The notes: generated by a model from the sequence alone, not told the origin. Shown: positions 1 through 9,619, counted from the first letter of the stretch. The stretch is DNA of 64,000 nt from Tubulanus polymorphus (GCF_964204645.1 NC_134032.1:2814175-2878174); one strand, 5' to 3'. Made by a program: numbers and translations.

Positions 1-1371
1 AGAGTAACAGATACAATTGTTAACGAATTATTACCAATAGTTGTATTACATGAAATTGATACAGAAGATGTTGTAGAACAAATTTTTAAAGATGACCCAT
101 ATTTCACAGATAATTTAGAATTTAAAAATGATTCATGGTATTATAATGTTAATTTAAATAACAAAATTGTATCAATTCAATTATCTAGAAAGGATCAAGA
201 AAATATTTATGAACCTGAAATGCTAGCAAGATCTACAATTGAACGTTCAAAAGGTGGCGCAGAATTTCTAAGAATTATATGGAATGCACTCGATAGAATA
301 AATGAAGAAGAACCAATTCCTAAAATTGATATAAACAAATATTCACCATTTAAAAATCCATTTAAAAATCCAAATCCTACTGATTTTAATCCAGAAATGG
401 AAGAGAATAGAAATCGATTAGATAGATTAATATCTTCAACACCCGAAACATCGAGAAGAGACACTCAACCAATTGATAATTATTCAAGTCAATTACAATT
501 AGAAAAACAAATTGATAGATTAAGAGATTCAGAAGAACTGATGAATAGTGCTGGAATAAATCGACTGCAATATTTACTAGAAAAAGGATTTCTTAATTTA
601 ACTGATGAAGAATTAGAAGCATTTCCTGAACAAATACGTAGAGAAATTAAAGGTATACAAGTATCAGCTGATGAAATTGCTAATATTAAGATGAGATTTT
701 CTAAAATAACCATGTTAGAAAAAGAATTAACTAATGCAGATGAAGAATTAAAACAATTAGAATTAAATAGAGATCATCAAGTAGTTTATGAAGCTGATTA
801 TGAAAGCAGAAAGTTAGCTTTTGTAAAAGAAATAGATGATTTAGAATATAACATAAAATTACAAAAAGAAGAAAGAGATATATTATTAAAATCATATGAT
901 CTTAATCATATTAAAAAATTAAAAGTTATTTTTAAAGATTTGTTGATAAAACCAAATTCTGAAATATAATTAAAAGACAGAATAAAGTTATTATTTAAAT
1001 TAGAAGGAATAACAGTTCTTTCAATTCTAACAGCTGTAACTATGGTATTTACAACAATTGGTTTAGCAATATCAAATGCTTTGAAATCTACTCCTACTCC
1101 CACTCCCAATAAACCAGATAAACCTCCAGGTAATAATTCTATACATGATAAAGTTAAGGATGGTTTAAAGAAATTAGCAAAATATTTATGGGAACTATCA
1201 AAGAAATCTGCTGCAGCTTTACCAGGAATTATTGCTTCAATTGTTGGTTTTATATTGAAATCTGCAGGAAACATTATTAACTTTGCTGCTGAACATATTA
1301 TTTTATTTTTAATTACAGTTGTAAGTGCTATTATTTTTGGGTTAGTAAACATGATATCAAAAAATAAATAA
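1..1371 (+). pseudogene. Coiled-coil protein with C-terminal amphipathic/TM helices (copy A, 5' part outside the window)
   Basis: Frame 1 is open from base 1 (RVTDTIVNELL). ORFs 220-969 and 1042-1371 are in frame, split by TAA at 967-969 where copy B has TCA. Hydrophobic C-terminus (ITVLSILTAVTMVFTTIGLAI; LPGIIASIVGFIL). Confidence 0.75.
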
Positions 1372-1394
1372 TTAATTTTTTTGTTAAATAAATG
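1372..1394 (+). promoter_or_regulatory. Representative AATTTTTTT-N2-4-TAWATAAATG gene-start motif (poxvirus late-promoter-like TAAATG)
   Basis: TAAATG contains the ATG at 1392, 2670, 3798, 4691, 5229, 6932(-), 7384, 8138, 8480, 8726, 9169, 9620, 10961, 12712, 13991 and 15819(-). An upstream T-tract is present at many of these. Confidence 0.7.
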
Positions 1395-2639
1395 AGTGGG
1401 AGTTATATAAGTCCTTCTAAGAATCATAGAATATCTAATGCTATTAAAGCAGAAAGATCACATCATATAATTACTCATAACCCTTCAAATATTAATCCCG
1501 ATGAAACTTTATATGTTAGAATCCCTCGATTAACACAAAATACTTTTTATGTTCCAAATAGTATTTATTTATCGGCTGATATAAAAGTAATCGGTAATAA
1601 TAATAATTATGTCGTTGATAATGTTGGAAGATATTTGATTAAAAAATTAACAATAAAGATTGGTCCAGAAACAGTTTCCTCATTAGATGATTATAATTTA
1701 TTTATGCATTATAAAGTTGTATGGTTAACTAAAGAAAATAGAAATAATATGATATTTCAAGGAATCCAATCAGAAAACCAAAATAAATTAAGATCAGATG
1801 CTAATAGCGCAATATTAACTAATGATGTAGATAAATTGATAAAAAGTATATATGGAAGCAAATATAAAATTCCATTAGATTTTGAATTGATAAATAATAA
1901 TGCACCTTTATATAAATACGCAATTCAAGAAGATGTTATATTCGAAATAACATTTGCTCCTGTAAATGAAATTGTATTATCTAGCGTTAATAAAGATATG
2001 AGTTATAAATTATCGAATATATGTTTAGAATATGATACAGTAACTGATGAAAATATTTCAAGTATAATTCAAACTCAATACAATCAAGGATTTTCATTAT
2101 TATATGATTATATTGATAAATTTAAAACTGTAACTATTAATGCAAATGATGAAATAATTAATGAGAATATTAACTTTCCTAGAAGATCTATTAAAGGTAT
2201 ATTAATATTTTTTACCATTGGAACGTATACTAATGGCGCAATAAATGTTGACAATTATTATAATCCTGAAATAACAAAAGTAGAAATAACTATTGAAGGT
2301 ATAGCGAATAAAATATTCTGTCAAGGAATGAGAATGATAGATCAATGGGTAGAAATTAAAAAACATTTTATGAATGAAAAAGTGAAATCATCTGAAAATT
2401 GTAACATTAATCAAATTGATTATTATACCGGTAATAAATATGCATTATGGTTAGATTTTAGAACAACTGAAGATAACTTATTACATGGTTCTGGGAAAAA
2501 ACTACAAAATACAAAAGATGGAATACAATTATTCATAACAAAGAATAAAGGAATCAAAAATTTTAAAATGCATATTTATATTATATCTGACGCGCAATTA
2601 AATATTGTAAATTCACAATTAGATAGTATTCAATATTAG
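1392..2639 (+). CDS. Major capsid protein (double jelly-roll, Polinton-like), intact copy
   Basis: 415 aa, beta-rich (NPSNINPDETLYVRIP, LIKKLTIKIG, ICLEYDTV, RSIKGILIFF, YALWLDFRT, HIYIISDAQL). Adjacent to integrase and packaging ATPase. Confidence 0.75.
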   Translation: MSGSYISPSKNHRISNAIKAERSHHIITHNPSNINPDETLYVRIPRLTQNTFYVPNSIYLSADIKVIGNNNNYVVDNVGRYLIKKLTIKIGPETVSSLDDYNLFMHYKVVWLTKENRNNMIFQGIQSENQNKLRSDANSAILTNDVDKLIKSIYGSKYKIPLDFELINNNAPLYKYAIQEDVIFEITFAPVNEIVLSSVNKDMSYKLSNICLEYDTVTDENISSIIQTQYNQGFSLLYDYIDKFKTVTINANDEIINENINFPRRSIKGILIFFTIGTYTNGAINVDNYYNPEITKVEITIEGIANKIFCQGMRMIDQWVEIKKHFMNEKVKSSENCNINQIDYYTGNKYALWLDFRTTEDNLLHGSGKKLQNTKDGIQLFITKNKGIKNFKMHIYIISDAQLNIVNSQLDSIQY

Positions 2640-2669
2640 AAATATAAAGTTAAAATTAAGGATATATAA

Positions 2670-3797
2670 ATGGGTGGTAAAAAAACTCCTAATACTAAAG
2701 AACAATATTTAAGAAATTTATATTACAACCCTGAGAGTTCGGTTGCTTATTCTTCTACTAAAAATATATGGCGTAAAGTAAAACAAGATAAATTAGATAA
2801 GATAATCCCACAAAATTTAGTTAAATATAAAGATATAAATGAATTTATGTTAGAACAACCAACATATACAACACATAAAAAAATTGTTAGAAAATATAAA
2901 ACTCGTAAAACTATGGTAAGTTATGTAGATCAACAGTGGCAAGGAGATTTAATTGATATGAAAAATGTTAAGAAAGATAATGATGATTATTGGTGGTTAT
3001 TGAATATAATTGATATTTTTAGTCGTTATGTATGGAGCTTCCCACTTTATAGAAAAGATGCTGTACAAACATCAAATGTTTTAAGAAAATTTCTTTCGGA
3101 TGATAAACTAAAACCAGAAAAAATACAATTTGATGATGGAAAAGAGTTTGATAATTCACTTGTTCATGAACTCTTAGATAATCATAATATTAAATATTTT
3201 TCAACAAAATCAGATAAAAAAGCAGCAGTTGTTGAACGATTTAATAGAACATTAAGAACAAGAATGTGGAAATATTTTACAGCAAATAATACTTTTAAAT
3301 GGATTGATGTTTTACCAAAATTGATAGAAGGATATAATAATTCTTATCATTCTTCTATTGGAATGAAACCTATTGATGCTAGAAAACCTGAAAATGCTGA
3401 AATTGTTTGGAATAATTTATATGGAGCATTTCTTGTAGATGATTTTGGTGAACCTAAATTTAAAGTTGGTCAAAATGTTAGAATTTCTAAGTATAAAAAG
3501 ATATTTGATAAAGGATACGATCGAAATTTTACTAGAGAAATATATTAAATAAAAAAGGTAATAACAACAAAACCATATGTCTATAAATTAGAAGATTTAG
3601 ATGGTGAAGTAGTTGATGGCTACTTTTACGAAGAAGAATTAAGTTTAACTACTGAAAATCTAGAACAAGAATATAAAATTGAAAAAGTATTAAAAACAAA
3701 AACTATTAAAAGAAAAAAATATTCTTTGGTAAAATGGGTTGGATGGCCAGATAAATTCAATGGATGGATATTATCAAGTAAAATTAAAAATATATAA
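2670..3797 (+). pseudogene. Retroviral-type (RVE) integrase with C-terminal chromodomain
   Basis: WQGDLIDM, IDIFSRYVW, QFDDGKEF, VERFNRTLR (DDE). After an in-frame TAA at 3546-3548 the frame continues to YKIEKVLK...VKWVGWPDKFNGWI and stops at 3795-3797. Confidence 0.92.
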
Positions 3798-4406
3798 ATG
3801 AATAAGGAATTATTCATATTTGAGCCTCATAATATGTTAATTTCTGGTGTAACAAATTGTGGAAAAACTTATTTTATATTAAATTTATTAGAAACTGTTT
3901 ATGAAAACTATTTTGATAATATAGTATTATTTTGCCCAACATATGAATTTAATCAAACTTATGATAGAAATATTACTAGGAATAATAAATTTATTATATT
4001 AGATCCTAAAACAGTAAACGAAAATTTAGATAATTGTATTAAAATAGCAATTGATATTTATAAAGGATCAAATACATTATTTATTATAGATGATTGTGCT
4101 AATTTACATGATTCAAAAGTTAGAGAAAGTGAGTTATGCTATTTAGCTTTCTCTGGGAGACATTTTGGGATAACAACTTGGGTTTTAAATCAAAAATATA
4201 ATTCAATTGTTAAAGACTTTAGAGAAAACATAAGATTTCTAGTTTTATTCTACAATAAAGATAGAAAATCGATGAAAAATGCACTTGAGGAAAATGATAT
4301 TATTCCACATGATTTACATAATGAATATATGGATAAGTTGAAAAATATTAAAAGATCAAAATTACTATTTAGATTACAACACCCATTTAAATATGAATTT
4401 ATTTAA
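3798..4406 (+). CDS. A32/FtsK-family DNA packaging ATPase
   Basis: Walker A GVTNCGKT, Walker B LFIIDD, SGRHFGIT motif, NQKY...FREN. Confidence 0.9.
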   Translation: MNKELFIFEPHNMLISGVTNCGKTYFILNLLETVYENYFDNIVLFCPTYEFNQTYDRNITRNNKFIILDPKTVNENLDNCIKIAIDIYKGSNTLFIIDDCANLHDSKVRESELCYLAFSGRHFGITTWVLNQKYNSIVKDFRENIRFLVLFYNKDRKSMKNALEENDIIPHDLHNEYMDKLKNIKRSKLLFRLQHPFKYEFI

Positions 4407-4410
4407 ATTC

Positions 4411-4658
4411 AATTAGTTTGTTAATCTAGTTGAATTCTAGTTATTGGTAGTTGTAACAAAAATCAAATAGATTTAACAATATTTTAACTAGCTTGTTAAT
4501 CTATTTTAATTCTAGTTACATTCTAGTTGAATTCTAGTTGTTAGTAGTTGAAACAAAAATCAACTAGATTTAACAAGAAATAAACAAACACAACAATATT
4601 TCAACTAGCTTGTTAATCTAGTTGAATTCTAGTTACATTCTAGTTAAATTCTAGTTGC
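4411..4658. repeat. Iteron-like array of 11-bp TCTAGTTRMAT units with inverted copies (CAACTAGA)
   Basis: For example 4617-4657 tctagttgaat-tctagttacat-tctagttaaat-tctagttg. A ~100-bp block is repeated about 2.5 times. Confidence 0.85.
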
Positions 4659-4690
4659 AACATCACACAATTAATTTTTTTGTTATATAA

Positions 4691-5152
4691 ATGGTAGGTG
4701 AAAAGAAAATAAAATCTAAAAATGGTGATGTTCCAATTGAAAAAACTTTAGATGATTTAGGAATAACAGAAACAAAATTAATTCCAGATGATGGTGCTTT
4801 AAATAATGTTACAACAAATAATGATTATGAATATTATCTTTATTGTAAACATCAATTAGAAATATTAATAGCATCTGGAAAATGTAAAAATTTTGTTGAT
4901 AAAAATTTAACTTATAATGAATTAGATACAATGAAATCAGTTGAAATTATTAGATTATTTAAGATTCATGAAGCCGCGAGAACAGCTAAAATTAATGACG
5001 CGATATCAGAAAATGTAGTAAAAGGTTATAGTAAATTATGTAATTATATACTACCAATTGAAAATGAAAATAGATTATATTCCGATTTAAAAAATGACTA
5101 TTTAGTTATGACTGAATTAAATAAATGGATTGGATATTTATCATTTCAATAA
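4691..5152 (+). CDS. Hypothetical viral protein, probably truncated by a nonsense mutation
   Basis: 153 aa with TAAATG start. The frame continues after the TAA with hydrophobic VGFMTLLSTGVITF. Confidence 0.6.
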   Translation: MVGEKKIKSKNGDVPIEKTLDDLGITETKLIPDDGALNNVTTNNDYEYYLYCKHQLEILIASGKCKNFVDKNLTYNELDTMKSVEIIRLFKIHEAARTAKINDAISENVVKGYSKLCNYILPIENENRLYSDLKNDYLVMTELNKWIGYLSFQ

Positions 5153-5228
5153 GTTGGATTTATGACATTATTATCAACTGGGGTTATAACATTTTCAAAT
5201 ATTGAAAGTAAAAATATTTCTATAATAA

Positions 5229-5609
5229 ATGAGCGAGGTGAAAGAAGTGAAGGAATTAACTGTGAAGAAAAAACCGAGAACTCAGAAACAAATTGAATGG
5301 TCTCGGCAATTAGGAATTAAATCACAAGAATATAAAAAAGCTGTAAAAGAAAAAATAAGTAATAAAAATGTTAATAAAAATGGTGAAAATATTGTTATTT
5401 CTACTCCTTCTGATAGTAGAATATTTGATAAATATTTATATTTTACAGTTGGATTTGTAATTGTATTCATTTTGATTGGGTGTAATTGGTATAAGAAATC
5501 AAATAAAATTCATGATATTATTAATAATTCTGAACCAACTGCTATCAAAAATGAAAGTACTTCTGAAATTCCAAAATTGATAATAAAAAAAAATGGATTA
5601 ATATTTTAG
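5229..5609 (+). CDS. Small basic protein with one TM helix
   Basis: KKKPRTQKQIEWSRQLG N-terminus, TM YLYFTVGFVIVFILIGCNW, TAAATG start. Confidence 0.65.
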   Translation: MSEVKEVKELTVKKKPRTQKQIEWSRQLGIKSQEYKKAVKEKISNKNVNKNGENIVISTPSDSRIFDKYLYFTVGFVIVFILIGCNWYKKSNKIHDIINNSEPTAIKNESTSEIPKLIIKKNGLIF

Positions 5610-5682
5610 AAAAAAAGCAAAAAAAATAATTGAATATCTCACTACTTTTGTCTATCTATGCGGAGCAATTAAATTGTCCAGA

Positions 5683-5720
5683 TAAGTCATTTCGGATTCT
5701 AGATATTCATTATTTTTATT
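5683..5720 (+). repeat. ~38-bp direct repeat, copy 1 (copy 2 at 6561-6599)
   Basis: taagtcatttcggattctagatattcattatttttatt vs taaggtcattttggattctagatattcattatttttatt. Confidence 0.9.
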
Positions 5721-5933
5721 AATTTATTTTGTTTTTATTTGAATATTTGAATTTGAATTTGTTAATCAATTAACATAGTAATTGATTACTAATTTGATTA
5801 AAAATTATATCATAATTAAGTTAAAAATCCATAATTCATTTATCAGTTTTCATTCTTATATTCTTTTCATTCGGAATAATTTATAATTTCAAATTTCACA
5901 TATTTTTTTAGCACCAGCAACATTTACTTAGGT

Positions 5934-6273
5934 GTTTTAGCTAAGTATATAAGGCAATTCATTCAACCACTGGAGTGCCGCCGGGCTTGGCTTGCAGGGG
6001 CATTTCGAAAATGCACCTTTGTCCACCCTCCGTGGTTCTCCTTCAGTTTCGACTTTCGTTCCTCCTTTCGGGGGTAAGGGGTTGATAGGAAATGCATTAG
6101 GCGCCTTAAATATAATGTGTTTCCTGTCAACCATTGAAGGAGAATTGGTGAGGTGTGGGTCACAGGGGTGTAATTAGAAATGCTTGGGGATAGGTATCTC
6201 GTGGCGCCTCTCAATAACGGGATGCTTATCCCCTAAAAACTCTGTGAGTCAAGTCGGGTGGTTTTGCTAAAAC
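5934..6273 (+). ncRNA. Large structured RNA, core domain with two GGCGCC kissing-loop hairpins (family unknown)
   Basis: Nested helices: 5977-5982/6257-6262, 5984-5999/6240-6255, 6000-6006/6177-6183, 6012-6022/6162-6172, 6023-6030/6150-6158, 6034-6047/6133-6146, 6080-6099/6113-6132, 6186-6202/6217-6233; possible closing helix 5934-5941/6266-6273. About 19 G-U pairs, all compatible with the + strand. Confidence 0.75.
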
Positions 6274-6315
6274 TTACTGTAAAAACATTGAAATATTCCT
6301 TTTAATCACGAGAGA

Positions 6316-6562
6316 ATGATGACTATCCTCCTGTCGTCACGGCTGAGCTAATTTAAATAAACCTCGCTTTCAGCAACTAATGAAAACGCGGTAGTTCAAT
6401 ACCGGCTAACTGGCTTGTGTGTGTTGTATGTACTGCGTGTTTATTATATAACAACAACAATGTGCAACACCTGTTTGGTTGATCAATATTCAAATGAAGC
6501 ACTCTCTTATAATAACATGTAACAGATGTACTGTATGATTGTAGTTGTTTATAAAACGACTA
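6316..6562 (+). ncRNA. Possible 3' extension of the structured RNA or a second small RNA
   Basis: Hairpins 6317-6323/6333-6339, 6342-6347/6369-6374, 6389-6393/6400-6404, 6421-6431/6460-6470 and 6542-6550/6554-6562; four of the five contain G-U pairs. Confidence 0.45.
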
Positions 6563-6599
6563 AGGTCATTTTGGATTCTAGATATTCATTATTTTTATT
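6561..6599 (+). repeat. ~38-bp direct repeat, copy 2
   Basis: Near-identical to 5683-5720. Confidence 0.9.
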
Positions 6600-6605
6600 T
6601 TTTAT

Positions 6606-6932
6606 TCAATCAACAATTTCTAAATCATGATGACCGTCTTCATTTTTCCCATGATATATTATTTTAAATCCTACTAAATCTTTCAATTCCTCCGTACTCA
6701 ATGAAACCCATTTATCGGGTAAAAACACTTTAAATTCTCGCGATGTACTAACATTACAGTAGCTTAAATTAGCTGATACTTTCTCTCCATATTTAGTTTT
6801 TATCTTTTCTAATTTCAATATTTTATGTTCAATTTCTTTTGTAACATCAACTAACTTTTTTATTTCAAATTGTTTTTTTGCTGGTTTTATTCTGTTATTT
6901 ATTGTTGCTAAGAATGCTTTTCTATCTCCCAT
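6606..6932 (-). CDS. Small OB-fold-like (putative ssDNA-binding) protein
   Basis: KKLVDV...KTKYGEKV...FKVFLPDKW...IIYHGK pattern resembling small Polinton OB-fold proteins; TAAATG start. Confidence 0.55.
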   Translation of the reverse strand: MGDRKAFLATINNRIKPAKKQFEIKKLVDVTKEIEHKILKLEKIKTKYGEKVSANLSYCNVSTSREFKVFLPDKWVSLSTEELKDLVGFKIIYHGKNEDGHHDLEIVD

Positions 6933-6960
6933 TTATTAGGAAAAAAAATTACTTGTGGTG

Positions 6961-7366
6961 ATGAGTGGTGTCTCGCCCTCTCGCCCTCTGATCTGAAAGC
7001 CTACTTTCCCAATTACTGAGTTAACAAACACACAGTGAGAACAACAAATTATTTCTAGATAGAATTAAAGATATAACAAATGTAAAATCTGTAGATTATA
7101 AATTCAAAAAGTTAACAGAATTAACAATCCATAAGAAATATCTAATTACAAATATTGATACAGTTACTAATAACTATGGAGATAAATTAGTTATACACTT
7201 AGAATATAAAGGATTAAAAGGAAATACATATAAATTCAGAACATATTTACCGGATAGAATTCATAGATTATCAAGTGAAGATCTAGAAGAATTATGTTCT
7301 GGTGATTTCTATTTCGTATACAAAGGTAAGAATGAAAAAGGGCACAATGATATAGATTTCGAATGA
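6961..7366 (+). pseudogene. Paralog of the 6606-6932 protein, missing from the ORF track; start separated by a small insertion
   Basis: Frame 7025-7366 is open without an ATG: LFLDRIK...FKKLTEL...NNYGDKL...FRTYLPDR...LSSEDLEEL...YKGKNEKGHNDIDFE. Removing 6968-7037 gives MSENNKLFLDR. Confidence 0.75.
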
Positions 7367-7383
7367 GAAAATATGTAAAATAA

Positions 7384-8120
7384 ATGGTAGAATTAAAAGA
7401 ATACAGAATATTTGTTGATTCTAGAAAACTTACAGATTATAAATCACATAATTTACTAGTACAATTAGATAGAGAATTTAAGAATTGTGTAGATTTAAAA
7501 TTAGTTAATATAAGTTTATGTAATTCTTTTTATAATATAACGGATAAAACTATTGATCATCAATTGTTTATAGTTCAGGAAAAAATAAAAGGTATCATTT
7601 ATATCTAAAACCATGGTTATATAATTTAGATACATTGTCACAAAAAATTAATAGAAAAGCCTGGCACAAAATAGGTAGTAATTCCGGGTTTAGTATTAGA
7701 TTTTTAAAAAGTGATAGTTCTGATAAAATAAGGATTAGGTTAACTCGTAGTGAAAAATATCAATTTTTAGTTAAAAAACCTATAGCTAAACTGTTAGGAA
7801 TTACGCCAGAAAAACTTTATTCAAATGTTGATGCTACACCAAACTTAATACCTTACACACATTTTTATATTTATTGCAATTTAATCGATCCTACAAAAAC
7901 ATTCGAAGCAACTAAAGATATAACTTGTAATTCTGGTTTACTAAACATTTTACCATTGAAGAATGTTAAAGAATTTGGAACGCAAATAAATTATAATTTA
8001 ACAGAATGTGATTTCAAACCATGCATTCCTCGTTTTAATAATTTTAGATTAGAAATTAGAAATCACAATGGATATTTAATTGATTTGAATAACTTTCCTG
8101 TAATAAGATGTAGAGAGTAA
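7384..8120 (+). pseudogene. Minor capsid protein (penton-like single jelly-roll), frameshifted near 7605
   Basis: IFVDSR, ISLCNSFYNI, YIYCNLID, LLNILP...FGTQINY, LEIRNHNGYLIDLN. Two consecutive ORFs. Confidence 0.7.
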
Positions 8121-8137
8121 TTTATTTCACTATATAA

Positions 8138-8479
8138 ATGAATATAACTGTTGGACCGAGTATATGTTTTGGGTTTGATTTTAAATATGGTAAAGAAATG
8201 AGAATTAAACTAAATGATGTAATCACTGATATAAAAAGTAAATCATTTAACAATGCATCAATGATTAATAAAGAAAATTATAATATAGAAAAAGTAATTT
8301 ATTTAATTAAATCACCTTTAGAATATTATGAATTAAATGAAGTTGGAATTATTGATGATATTAAAAACATATTAACCAAAATATATGATAATCATAAAAC
8401 TAGTAATGAAATAAATGTTGAATTAATCATCACTAAGATAACTAAATATTTTGATGATAGTAATTTTTTTGATAAATAA
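8138..8479 (+). CDS. Hypothetical viral protein
   Basis: 113-aa ORF with TAAATG start in the gene-dense block. Confidence 0.55.
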   Translation: MNITVGPSICFGFDFKYGKEMRIKLNDVITDIKSKSFNNASMINKENYNIEKVIYLIKSPLEYYELNEVGIIDDIKNILTKIYDNHKTSNEINVELIITKITKYFDDSNFFDK

Positions 8480-8701
8480 ATGAGTGATAATAAGTGGATA
8501 ATAACTGGATTATATAATGGCGCATTACTATCAGTTGGAACTGTTGGTTATTCAATGGTATTAAAAAAAGTATTTAAAATGGGAAGTGATAATGTTGATA
8601 GATTTGATATAAATGATATTTAAAAATTAACGTTAGCAGTTACTTTATCTAATTTAACTATTGATTATTTGGAAAAACAAAAATATATTCCTCCCATATA
8701 A
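8480..8701 (+). pseudogene. Small two-helix membrane protein with internal stop (not in ORF track)
   Basis: MSDNKWIITGLYNGALLSVGTVGYSMVLKKVFK...DINDI*KLTLAVTLSNLTIDYLEKQKYIPPI. TAA at 8621-8623; TAAATG start. Confidence 0.65.
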
Positions 8702-8725
8702 ATGCGTAATTATTTTGCTAAATAA

Positions 8726-9151
8726 ATGGCTTCTGCAATTATAACTATTATAGGATCGGCAATTGTTAACGCTTTAACATTTACTGGTGGTGGTTATTTA
8801 TTTAAACATATTGATAAAAATGGTTCATTAACAGAACAAAAAAGACATAACTTAGCATTAGAGAAATATAATAAAGCAGCAGAAAAATATAGAGAAAAGA
8901 GGCAAAACTATATGGATTATATTAACAAGGAATTATATGATCAGAAGATTTCACATAGAGATTTTCAATCAGTTGATGATGCAATGAGTTTATATAACGC
9001 GGTAACCAATAAAGAAAAATTACATCTATACAAACCTAAATCATCAGATTATTATACCCCGAGTAAAGAACAACAGAAATATGAAATAATCTGGATTTTA
9101 GGCGGAACAGTTATTGTTATATTTGTAGCGTATAAGTTTACTAATTATTAA
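8726..9151 (+). CDS. Membrane protein with hydrophobic N-terminus, coiled coil and C-terminal TM
   Basis: MASAIITIIGSAIVNALTFTGGGYLF...EQKRHNLALEK...IIWILGGTVIVIFVAY. Confidence 0.7.
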   Translation: MASAIITIIGSAIVNALTFTGGGYLFKHIDKNGSLTEQKRHNLALEKYNKAAEKYREKRQNYMDYINKELYDQKISHRDFQSVDDAMSLYNAVTNKEKLHLYKPKSSDYYTPSKEQQKYEIIWILGGTVIVIFVAYKFTNY

Positions 9152-9168
9152 TTTTTTTGGCTAAATAA

Positions 9169-9603
9169 ATGGATGATAAAGTTGATAATATTGATAGTAT
9201 TCCTCATGATATAAATAAAACTAAATTAAAAATATATTTAGAAAAACAAATATTAGAATTTGAAAGTGACTTAAAGATAAAAAAGAAAAAATATTTAAAA
9301 AGTAAAATTATATATTATTTGATTATAAGTGGTTCGGTTACAATTAGTTCTGTAATAACATTTCTAGCAATATTCAGTCCATTAACACCTTTAGCTATAT
9401 CAATTGGTGTATTAGGATTAAGTTCAAGTGTTTTAACCGGTATAAGTTCAAAATTAAATATAAAAAGTAATAAAGAAAAAATTAAAACTAATATAAAAGA
9501 AATTAATAAATTAAAGAATACACTAGATTATATAATAAGTTTAAATGGTCATATAACAGTTGAAGAACATGATAAATTATTGAAAGAATTAATAAATTAT
9601 TAA
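9169..9603 (+). CDS. Two-TM membrane protein
   Basis: IIYYLIISGSVTISSVITFLAIF / LAISIGVLGLSSSVLTGI flanked by basic helical segments. Confidence 0.7.
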   Translation: MDDKVDNIDSIPHDINKTKLKIYLEKQILEFESDLKIKKKKYLKSKIIYYLIISGSVTISSVITFLAIFSPLTPLAISIGVLGLSSSVLTGISSKLNIKSNKEKIKTNIKEINKLKNTLDYIISLNGHITVEEHDKLLKELINY

Positions 9604-9619
9604 TTTTTTTATTATATAA

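Noticed and set aside
207-1427. Minus-strand ORFs antisense to viral genes (also 11104-12594 and 13428-13685)
   Set aside because: Shadow frames of the + strand genes with no motifs.
5937-6214. Three short overlapping ORFs across the GC-rich island
   Set aside because: They lack TAAATG starts, differ in composition from the viral genes and are explained by stop-codon scarcity in a structured GC-rich segment.
6376-6388. CTAATGAAAAC as a hammerhead core
   Set aside because: CUGANGA is not matched and there is no stem II between it and GAAA.
6340-6410. tRNA gene
   Set aside because: A T-loop-like hairpin is present, but no acceptor stem or cloverleaf could be built.
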